Assembly: GCA_947377275.1 (NCBI GenBank)
Contig: CANCFV010000006.1
Coordinates: 1,772 to 65,771, forward strand
DNA length: 64,000 bases
Origin: Burkholderiales bacterium
GTDB lineage: Bacteria > Pseudomonadota > Gammaproteobacteria > Burkholderiales > Burkholderiaceae_C
Direction of reading: 5' to 3'
Part shown: piece by piece, positions 39,914-48,800 of the stretch
Layout: each line of letters begins with the position of its first letter
Numbering within the stretch: the first letter of the stretch is position 1
The notes under the pieces: model-generated
What the model was told of the DNA's origin: nothing
What the model saw: the letters and a program-made list of their open reading frames with translations, nothing else
Database searches by the model: none
Program-made: the position numbers and the translations under genes

Positions 39914-41700
39914 TTGCCAACCGACGTGCCACCTTGGTGCTGACCTTGCTGCTGGTGATGCCCGCGCTCGCGCAAGCCGACTGGGCTCGCTACAAGGCCA
40001 GTCAGGCCAAGAGCGATCAAGCCTCGACCGTCGCGGTGCAGGCCGATGTGCTGCCACCTTCGCTGGATGACCTGCCGCCGCCACAGGCCGGTGGGCGCAT
40101 GAGCAACACCCTGTCTTTGGCCATGAACACGGGCAATGCGCGTGAGGCCAATGTGGCCAAAGAGGTGCCAGCCGATCGCCCCTTGGTGGCCGCCTTGCCT
40201 TCCTTGAGCCTGGGTGAGAGCCCGGCGCGCTTTGACCTGGCCGTGAGCAACGCGCCCGCCGCTCGCGTGTTTGCGCAGCTGGGCGTGGGCTCGTCCTACA
40301 ACATCCTGGTCTCGCCCGAGGTGTTGGGCAACATCAGCGTCCAGCTCAAAAGCACCACGGTGCCCGAGGCGCTGGAGACCTTGCGCGACCTGTTTGGCTA
40401 CGACTTTCGCATCACGGGCAACCGCGTCTTCGTGTATCCCAACACTGTGCAGATGCGCATGTTCCGCGTGAACTACCTGCCGGGTCGGCGCCAGGGTGCG
40501 TCTGACCTGCGGGTCAGCTCCAGCTCGATCACCCAGTCCGGCGGCAGCAGCAATGGCTCGGGCAACAGCGGCACCCAGTCACAAGGCAACAACAGCGGTG
40601 GCGGCACATCAGGCTCGCGCGCGGTGGACTCGTCCTCGGTGCGCATGACCTCGGACACCGACTTCTGGCGCGAGGTGCAGGACTCGCTCGTGGCCATGGT
40701 GGGCACCCAAAATGGCCGCAGCGTCACCATCAACTCCGGTGCCGGCGTGATCGTGGTCCGTGCCACGCCACTGGAGCTGCGCCATGTGGCCGACTACCTG
40801 CGCGCGGTGCAACTGACCATCGAGCGCCAGGTCATGCTCGAAGCCAAGATTGTCGAGGTGCAGCTGACCAAGTCGGCACAATCGGGCGTGAACTGGTCTT
40901 TGTTCAAGGGCATTGGCAGCGGCGCCCGCGCGGGCATCATCAACACCGCACCGGGCTTGAGCTTGTCTCGCACCGGCACGTTTGCCAACAGCGACGTGAC
41001 GATCTCGCCAGGCAACAGCGTGGCCACCGAGGCCTTGGGACAAGGCTTTTACGGCCTGGCCGTACAGGCAGCCAACTTCTCGGCCTTGATCTCTTTCTTG
41101 GAAACCCAGGGCGAGGTGCAGGTGCTCTCCAGCCCCCGCATCGCCACTTTGAACAACCAAAAGGCCGTGTTGAAGGTGGGCAGCGACGAGCTTTTTGTCA
41201 CCGGCGTGACCAGCAACACCACCACCACCTCGTCGGGCAACACGGTGGCGTCGCCCACCTTGACGCTGCAACCCTTCTTCAGTGGCATCTCGCTGGACGT
41301 GACGCCTCAGATCGATGAGGCCGGCACCGTGATGCTGCACGTGCACCCCTCGGTCAGCGTGGTCAGTGAAAAGCAAAAGGTCATTGATCTGGGCAGCCAG
41401 GGCACCTTCAAGCTGCCTTTGGCCACCAGCTCGATCAATGAGACCGACAGCATCGTGCGGGTGCACAACGGGCACATCGTTGCCATTGGCGGCTTGATGA
41501 CGCAAGGGGCCACGCGTGACAGCAATGGCGTGCCCGGCCTGAGCGATGTGCCCGTGATGGGCGCGCTGTTTCGCCAGCGCTCGTCGTCTGACAGCAAGCA
41601 CGAGCTGGTCATCTTGATCCGCCCGACCATCATCGAGCAAGACGAGTCTGGCTGGGACAAGCAGATGCCCCAGACCCCCTTGCTGGGCAGCGCCCGATAA
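39910..41700 (+). CDS. mshL: MSHA secretin MshL
   Basis: STN domain, Ser/Gly-rich insert, QVMLEAKIVEV, SSPRIATLNNQKAVLKVG, ELVILIRP. Confidence 0.9.
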   Translation: MIANRRATLVLTLLLVMPALAQADWARYKASQAKSDQASTVAVQADVLPPSLDDLPPPQAGGRMSNTLSLAMNTGNAREANVAKEVPADRPLVAALPSLSLGESPARFDLAVSNAPAARVFAQLGVGSSYNILVSPEVLGNISVQLKSTTVPEALETLRDLFGYDFRITGNRVFVYPNTVQMRMFRVNYLPGRRQGASDLRVSSSSITQSGGSSNGSGNSGTQSQGNNSGGGTSGSRAVDSSSVRMTSDTDFWREVQDSLVAMVGTQNGRSVTINSGAGVIVVRATPLELRHVADYLRAVQLTIERQVMLEAKIVEVQLTKSAQSGVNWSLFKGIGSGARAGIINTAPGLSLSRTGTFANSDVTISPGNSVATEALGQGFYGLAVQAANFSALISFLETQGEVQVLSSPRIATLNNQKAVLKVGSDELFVTGVTSNTTTTSSGNTVASPTLTLQPFFSGISLDVTPQIDEAGTVMLHVHPSVSVVSEKQKVIDLGSQGTFKLPLATSSINETDSIVRVHNGHIVAIGGLMTQGATRDSNGVPGLSDVPVMGALFRQRSSSDSKHELVILIRPTIIEQDESGWDKQMPQTPLLGSAR

Positions 41701-41712
41701 GGACAGCCGACC

Positions 41713-43422
41713 ATGTCTCGCACACAGCGCCTCCGCCTGGGTGACCTGCTTCTGCAAGAGAAGCTGGTCACGCCCGAGCAGGTCGAGCAGGTCTTGGCCG
41801 AGCAACGCACCAGCGGGCGCAAGCTGGGCGAGGCCTTGATCCACTACGGTTGGATCACGGAGGCGCAAATCGCCAAGGCCGTGGCACGCCAGCTGCGCGC
41901 ACCTTTCATCGACCTGACGCACTTCCCGCTGCGCCCCGAGTTGGCGCAAATGCTGCCCGAGGCGCAAGCCCGGCGTCTGCATGCCATCGTGCTCGACGAC
42001 ACGCCCACGGGCTTGATGGTGGGCCTGGCCGATCCGACCGACATCAATGCCTTTGACGAGGTGGGGCGCTTGCTCAAGCGCAATGTCGATCTGGCGGTGG
42101 TGACCGAGACCCACTTGGCCTCGGCGCTGGACCGCGTCTACAACAGCAAGCAAGAGATTGAAGGCCTGGCGCGTGAGTTGACCAGCGAGCTGGCTGGCAT
42201 CGCCACCGAACTGGGCGATTTGCTGGGCATGGACGCCATCAGCAACGAAGACGCGCCCGTGGTGCGTTTGCTGTATTCGGTGTTTGAGCAAGCGCTGCGC
42301 CTGCGCGCCTCCGACATCCACATCGAGCCGCAAGAAAAGAGCCTGCGCATTCGCTTCCGCATCGACGGTGTCTTGCGCGTGCAAACCGAGGCCGATGCCA
42401 AGATCGCGGGGGCCGTGGCCTTGCGCCTCAAGCTCATGTCGGGCCTGGACATCTCTGAAAAGCGCTTGCCCCAAGACGGCCGCTTTGCGGTGCAGCTCAA
42501 AGACGGCACGGTCGACATCCGGATCTCGACCATGCCTGCCCAGAACGGCGAATCGGTGGTGATGCGTTTGCTCAGCCAGAGCGCCGGCATGCTCGACCTC
42601 AGCCGCATGAACATGCCCGACGAGATGCGTCGTGCCTTGCTCGTGGCCATTGAAAAGCCCAGCGGCATGATCTTGGTCACCGGGCCCACCGGCAGCGGCA
42701 AGACCACCACGCTGTATGGCGCGCTCAATGTGCTCAACAGCACCGAGCGCAAGATCATCACGGTGGAAGACCCGGTCGAGTACCGCTTGGCGGGGCTCAA
42801 CCAAGTGCAGGTCATGGAAAAGATCGACCTGGGATTTGACCGCGTGCTGCGCGCCGCTTTGCGTCAAGACCCTGATGTGATCTTGGTGGGCGAAATGCGC
42901 GACCGCGACACGGCCGAGATTGGCCTGCGCGCAGCCATGACGGGCCACTTGGTGCTGTCGACCTTGCACACCAACGACGCGGCCTCGACGCCTGCTCGTT
43001 TGGTGGACATGGGGGTGCCGGGCTGGATGGTGGCCTTGTCATTGCACCTGGTGGTAGCACAGCGCTTGGTGCGTGTCATTTGCAGCGCATGCAGCCAGCC
43101 CCATACACCTGTGCCGCAAGAGGCGGCCTGGTTGACCCGCCTGCTGGGCCCCAATGCCCAAGAGATGACGCTCAAAAAAGGCGCCGGTTGCCCCGAGTGC
43201 AGCAACACGGGCTACCGAGGGCGCACCGGCGTGTACGAGTTTTTGGAGATGACGCAAGGGCTGATCACAGCCTTGTCTAACCCACAGCCTGGCGTGTTTG
43301 CGCAGGCGGCCCGCACGCAAATGCAGGGCCGCACGCTCGTGCACGATGCGGCACGTTTGGTGGCCAATGGCGTGACCACCTGTGAAGAAGCCATGCGTGT
43401 GGGCGTGCAGGTGGACGAATGA
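41713..43422 (+). CDS. mshE: MSHA assembly ATPase with MshEN c-di-GMP-binding domain
   Basis: RLGDLL..LVT..VL..Q and KLGEAL tandem MshEN motif, Walker A GPTGSGKT, LRQDPD, CxxC/CxxC. Confidence 0.93.
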   Translation: MSRTQRLRLGDLLLQEKLVTPEQVEQVLAEQRTSGRKLGEALIHYGWITEAQIAKAVARQLRAPFIDLTHFPLRPELAQMLPEAQARRLHAIVLDDTPTGLMVGLADPTDINAFDEVGRLLKRNVDLAVVTETHLASALDRVYNSKQEIEGLARELTSELAGIATELGDLLGMDAISNEDAPVVRLLYSVFEQALRLRASDIHIEPQEKSLRIRFRIDGVLRVQTEADAKIAGAVALRLKLMSGLDISEKRLPQDGRFAVQLKDGTVDIRISTMPAQNGESVVMRLLSQSAGMLDLSRMNMPDEMRRALLVAIEKPSGMILVTGPTGSGKTTTLYGALNVLNSTERKIITVEDPVEYRLAGLNQVQVMEKIDLGFDRVLRAALRQDPDVILVGEMRDRDTAEIGLRAAMTGHLVLSTLHTNDAASTPARLVDMGVPGWMVALSLHLVVAQRLVRVICSACSQPHTPVPQEAAWLTRLLGPNAQEMTLKKGAGCPECSNTGYRGRTGVYEFLEMTQGLITALSNPQPGVFAQAARTQMQGRTLVHDAARLVANGVTTCEEAMRVGVQVDE

Positions 43423-44657
43423 GCAAGTTCAGCTACACCGCACGCGGCCCGCATGGGCAGGTCACCGGCATGCAAGAGGCCGCATCGGCCGGCGCCGTGG
43501 CGGCCGAGTTGCAAGCCAAGGGCTGGGTGCCCTTGATCATCAAGCCTGAAGGCGCCGCGCCCGCTGCCGCGCAGGGGCTGAGCGCCCCGGTTGCCATGCC
43601 CGCCTGGATGGCGCCCAAGGTGCTGCCGATCGACATCATGTTGTTCAGCCGCCAGTTGCACACGCTGTACAAGGCCGGGGTGCCTTTGCTGCGCGCGCTC
43701 AACGGCTTGCAAGACACGGCCCAGAACCCCAGCCTCAAGCATGTGATCCGAGAGGTGCGCCGCAACTTGGAGGGCGGCGTTGAGCTGTCGGCCAGCATGG
43801 CCATGCACCCCAAGGTGTTTGACAGCTTCTACATCTCGATGGTGCGTGTGGGCGAGGCCTCAGGCAAGCTCGACGAGGTCTTTGCGCGACTGGCTTCGCA
43901 CATGGAATTCGAGATGTTCATGCGCCAGCAGGTCAAGTCGGCCACGCGCTACCCGAGCTTCGTCATCATGGCGATGGCTGGGGCCATGGTCGTCATCAAC
44001 GTGATGGTGGTGCCCTCGTTTGCTGGGGTGTTCAAATCCTTGGGCGCCGATCTGCCCGTGCCCACAAAGATCTTGATGGCCACCTCCGACCTCACGCTGA
44101 ACCACGGCGGCACCCTCATGATGGGCCTGGCGGCGGCTGTCTTCATGTGGCGGCAGTGGGTGGGCACGCCGTCGGGTCGCCTGATGTGGGACCGGTGGAT
44201 GTTGCGCGTGCCTTTGGTTGGCCCCATTTTGCTCAAGGCCTCGCTGGCCCGGTTCACACGTGCCTTTGCGCTCTCCTTGCGCAGTGGCGTGCCCATGGAG
44301 CGAGCGATCTTGGGGGTAGCGCAAACCACCGGCAACGCCTACATCACCCGCTGCATCGAAGACATGCGCGACCGCCTGATGCGCGGTGAGACCCTGACCT
44401 CATCGGCTGTCAGCACAGGCGTGTTCACGCCCATGGTGCTGCAGATGATCGCGGTGGGTGAAGAAACCGGCATGGTCGATGAGCTGCTCGACGAGGTGGG
44501 CGAGCTCTACAACGAAGACGTGCAGTACGCGCTCAAGACCCTGTCACAGCAGATCGAGCCCATCCTGATCGTGTTCATGGGCGCTTTGGTGCTGGTGCTC
44601 GCCCTGGGTGTGTTCTTGCCGATGTGGAACATGGGCCATGTGGCCATCAAGCATTGA
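43419..44657 (+). CDS. mshG: inner-membrane platform protein (GspF/PilC family)
   Basis: FSRQL..AGVPL, GEASGKLD, RYP, GEETG, IEPILI. Confidence 0.9.
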   Translation: MSKFSYTARGPHGQVTGMQEAASAGAVAAELQAKGWVPLIIKPEGAAPAAAQGLSAPVAMPAWMAPKVLPIDIMLFSRQLHTLYKAGVPLLRALNGLQDTAQNPSLKHVIREVRRNLEGGVELSASMAMHPKVFDSFYISMVRVGEASGKLDEVFARLASHMEFEMFMRQQVKSATRYPSFVIMAMAGAMVVINVMVVPSFAGVFKSLGADLPVPTKILMATSDLTLNHGGTLMMGLAAAVFMWRQWVGTPSGRLMWDRWMLRVPLVGPILLKASLARFTRAFALSLRSGVPMERAILGVAQTTGNAYITRCIEDMRDRLMRGETLTSSAVSTGVFTPMVLQMIAVGEETGMVDELLDEVGELYNEDVQYALKTLSQQIEPILIVFMGALVLVLALGVFLPMWNMGHVAIKH

Positions 44658-44673
44658 TTTCAGCTGCCGATAA
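44647..44673 (+). promoter_or_regulatory. sigma-28 (FliA)-type promoter upstream of the major pilins
   Basis: TCAAG (44647-44651)-N14-GCCGATAA (44666-44673). Confidence 0.75.
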
Positions 44674-44753
44674 GCATTCATGACTGCGACTCGATCGATG
44701 GTGGCGTTCGGCAGCTCGCCCACTCAGAGTCTTTTTGTATTTAGGAGAACGTG

Positions 44754-45182
44754 ATGAAACGCACACAATCTGGTTTCACAATGATCGAATTGATCGTGGT
44801 GATCGTCATCTTGGGTATCTTGGCTGCCACTGCCTTGCCGAAGTTCATTGACTTGCGCAGTGATGCTCAGGTTGCATCGATCAATGGCGTGGCTGGCAAT
44901 CTCGCCAGCGCCATGTCGGTGAACTACGCTGGCTGCGCGGCCAGCAACAATGTTGTCACTGCCAACAAGTGCGTCAGAGTGAACACTTGCGAAGGCGTCA
45001 TCCCGCTGGTGCAAGGTGCGGCTACCGTGTCAGGTCAGACGAAACAGTTCACCCTCGGCAGCGTCACCTACACCATTGCGGGGACCGACCCTGGCGCGAC
45101 CAACGGTAACACCAGCACCTGCACTGTGACCACAACCGGTGTGACCGCCGTCAATTTCAGTGGCATCAGCGCTGGGAATTGA
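44754..45182 (+). CDS. mshA: MSHA-type major pilin, copy 1
   Basis: G/FTMIELIVVIVILGILAATALPKFIDL; strong RBS TAGGAG. Confidence 0.85.
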   Translation: MKRTQSGFTMIELIVVIVILGILAATALPKFIDLRSDAQVASINGVAGNLASAMSVNYAGCAASNNVVTANKCVRVNTCEGVIPLVQGAATVSGQTKQFTLGSVTYTIAGTDPGATNGNTSTCTVTTTGVTAVNFSGISAGN

Positions 45183-45666
45183 TTTTTTTGACAACACCTT
45201 CGAGCTGATTGCCATGAAAGGGGTGCCTAGTATGTTTGCACGATCACAACAACGCGGCTTTACCATGATCGAGTTGATCGTGGTGATCGTCATCTTGGGC
45301 ATCCTGGCGGCCACGGCCTTGCCGAAGTTCATTGACTTGCGCAGTGATGCCCAGGTGGCATCGATCAACGGCGTGGCAGGCAACCTGGCCAGCGCCATGT
45401 CGGTGAACTATGCGGGCTGTGCGGCCAACAACAATGCGCCCGCAGCCAACAAGTGCGTCACCGTGAACACTTGTGCGGGGGTCATCCCGTTGGTGCAAGG
45501 TGCGGGCACCGTGTCAGGCCAGCCCACCCAGTTCACCCTCGGCAGCGTCACATACACCATTGCAGGGACCGACCCTGGCTCAACCAACGGCAACACCAGC
45601 ACCTGCACGGTTGCAACAAGCGGAGTGTCTGCCATCAATTTCGGTGGCATCAGCGCTGGCAATTGA
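44775..45666 (+). repeat. tandem gene duplication of the pilin
   Basis: Two roughly 410-nt coding units with shared blocks (e.g. GCCTTGCCGAAGTTCATTGACTTGCGCAGTGATGC) and many synonymous differences. Confidence 0.9.
45232..45666 (+). CDS. mshA: MSHA-type major pilin, copy 2
   Basis: Same prepilin motif; mature protein differs from copy 1 at about 15 of 135 residues (manual count). Confidence 0.85.
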   Translation: MFARSQQRGFTMIELIVVIVILGILAATALPKFIDLRSDAQVASINGVAGNLASAMSVNYAGCAANNNAPAANKCVTVNTCAGVIPLVQGAGTVSGQPTQFTLGSVTYTIAGTDPGSTNGNTSTCTVATSGVSAINFGGISAGN

Positions 45667-45820
45667 TCTGGTTGTGATGCCTTTCGGAACTTGCCGACGC
45701 GGCATCGTCAACCGCCGGGCTCAGCATAGTTCAGCGCTTTTCCGTGACTTATTCGACGACCACCGAATGCCCGCTTCTTCACAATCGGTGTGAGAACGGT
45801 TTCGTGAAGGACGTCAGTTC

Positions 45821-48800
45821 ATGTCGATCCATCGGTTGAGTTTGGTACGCTGCCTGCGTTGGTGTGTCCTGGTGCTGGTGTGCGCATGGTCGCAGCCTGC
45901 GTGGTCAGCCGCTTACACGTTTGCTGGCACGTTCAACAGCACCTTGCCCTCAGGCTGCTCGGTCATCGTGGCGGGTGCCTACACGTGCGGCACCCTCACG
46001 CTCAGCAGCACCGACACGGTCACCTTCAACGTCCAGCCCAGCACGGTCACTTTTTCAGGCACCGTCACAGTCAACGGGGCGCAAATCAACGCGGCGGGCT
46101 CGGCCGCCAACCTCACTTTGGCCTTCTCTGGCGGCGCAGGCTTGACGGCCAGCTCTGGTGCCAAGGTCAATGGCAAGGTCAATGTGACGGGTACGGGCTC
46201 GGTGTCCAACACCATTGGCTCGGTCACGTTTGGTGGTGCCATCACCACCACATCGGGCGGCATCACCCTCGCGGCGGGATCCTCTGCGGGCGGCGCGCTC
46301 ACCAGCAATGGCGGCGCCATCCTCCTTTCTGGCACCAATGCCATTGCGGGCAACCTCAGTTGCAGTTGCACGGCGACGGTGTATGCCGGCGCCAACATCA
46401 CCGGCACGCTCAATGCCACTTACCTCGACAGCTCGAATGGTGCCTCCACCTTTGGCGGCAGCGTGAGCACCACCACCGGCTACGCCATCATCGGCGCGGG
46501 CAGCACCGTCAATGGCAGCGTGACATCCAGCAGCGGCGATGTCGACATTCGCGTGGGCGCCACCATCAATGGCAACATCAGTTCGGGCGCCACGGCTTAC
46601 GTCTACAGCGGTGTGCGCATCACCGGTACCACGAGTGGCGTGTATGTGAACAACGCGGCGGGCTCGGCCATTTTCGGGGGCTCGGTCTCAGGCACAACGA
46701 GTGGTGTCTACCTGGGCTCGTCGTCCACCGTGGCGGGCAATGTCAGCAGCACATCAGGCACCATCACCCTGGCGGGCACCAACTCGGTCACGGGCAGCAT
46801 CAGCTGTTCTTGCACGGTGCTCGTGTATTCAGGCAGCAGCATCGGCAGCACCTTGTCAGCCACGCTGTTAGACAGTTCTGCTGGCGCTTCCAGCTTTGGC
46901 GGCAACATCAACACCACCTCGGGCTACGCCATCATCGGTTCGGGCAGCACGGTGTATGGCAACGTCACGTCCACCGGCGGCAATGTCGACATCCGGCCCA
47001 ACGCGACCATCAATGGCAGCGTCAGTTCAGGCGCCTGGGTGTATGCCTACAACGGCGTGAGCATCACGGGCACCACCAGCGGCGTGTACGTTAACAACGA
47101 CCTCGGCACATCCACTTTTGGTGGCGCCATCACGTCCACCACAGGGTGGGTCAGCGTGGGCCCAAGCAGCACCGTGGCAGGCAGCATCACGTCTGCAGGT
47201 GCATTTGTGGTCGTGTACGGGTCGGCCATCGTCAATGGCAACATCACCAACACAGGTGGGAACATTGACTTGCGCGCAGCAGCGAAGGTCTATGGCTCGC
47301 TTACTTCAAGCGGGACGGTGTACATCTATAACGGCGTGACCGTGACGCGCGACGTCAAGGGTGTGGCCATCGACAACTCCTCGGGAACCTCAACCCTGGG
47401 CGGCAACGTCAGCGCCACCACGGGCCTCTTGGTCGTGGGCCATGACACCACCGTGGCGGGCGCCTTGTCGTCAACCACTGGCAACATTTACCTCTACGAC
47501 CGAACCAGTGTCACCGGGGGCATCAGCTGCGATTGCACATTGAATGCGTACTCTTATGTCACGGTGGGCGGCGGCGTGAATGTCAATGCATTCGACAACA
47601 GCGCCGGGAACTACAGCACCTTCAACGCCTCGGTGCGTTCGCTCAGTGGCAACTTGGTGCTGGGCAATTACGGTGTGATCGCGGGTGATGCGATTGGTTC
47701 AGATAACGACATCTACCTGTACGGCAACAGCCGTGTTGGCAAGTGCTCGCGCACCAGAGGTGGCGTCGATCACATCTTCATGAATTCGGGCTCTCGCAGC
47801 GGCGCCGTGTGCTGTGGCACGGGCGGCAGTTGCGACACCACCTGTGTGAGCAACTCGAGTGGCGCCAGCATGCCGCCTATTTGCGCCACCTTGCCCGACC
47901 CGATGGCCGAATACCTGTTCAACCAGACCAGCTGGAACGGCACCACGGGCGAGGTGCTGGACACCTCTGGCAATGGCTGGAACGCCACCGCTGCGAGCTT
48001 GTCGTCCACCAAGCCCACCACCACCACCACGTCGCCCGCCATCGCGGGCTCGCCGGGCACGTGCGCCTACCCCGCGCTGACCCGGGGCAACAAAGACCAT
48101 GTGGCGTTGCCACAGGCGTTTCCGCATCTGGGCGAGGGTGGCGACTTCACCGTCACCGCCTGGATCAAGAGCACCGATGTGAGCTTGCCTTATCAGCGCA
48201 TTTTTGCCGATGACGAGGCCGGCACCACCGGTGGCAGCGTGGGTTTCGCCTTGAGCCTGGGTGACCCCGGTTCAGGCAAGCTGCGCTTCTACACGCGCGC
48301 GAGCAGCACCGCGAACCTGGACACCACGGTGGCCATCGCCAGCAACACCTGGTATTTCGTGGCCTTTGGCGTGGATGCCACCACCAAGACGAAATACATC
48401 TACATCTACAACACCAGCGGCGGCTTGGTGACATCCGCCAGCGCCGTGTACACGCTGCCTTGCTGTGCAACTGACCTGGGCGGAGATTCGGGTGTGGTGT
48501 CTGTGGGCGCCGAGACCAACTCGGCCACATCCGAAAACACCAGCACCTATGGCTTCAGCGGCAACATCGATGAACTGCGCGTCTATCCGACCTTGCTGTC
48601 CACAGCTGACCTCGCCCTGGTGCGGGCCAAGACCAACACCTGCAGCAGCACGCTCGACCACGTTGAGATACAGCACAGCACCGGCCAAGGGCTCACGTGC
48701 TCGCCGTCCACCTTCACGGTCAGGGCTTGTGCCAACGCCGCCTGCAGCAGCTTGTACACGGGCGGCGTGACGGGATCGTTCAAGGCGGGTGCCACGACGG

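Noticed and set aside
41692-41700. CCCGATAA before mshE as another sigma-28 site
   Set aside because: Mismatch in the -10 box, no TCAAG/TAAAG at the correct distance, and it is simply the mshL stop region
44754-45666. Pilin duplication as a silent-cassette antigenic variation, shufflon or DGR system
   Set aside because: Both copies are full-length with their own RBS and leader; no recombinase, inverted sites or reverse transcriptase; differences are not adenine-specific
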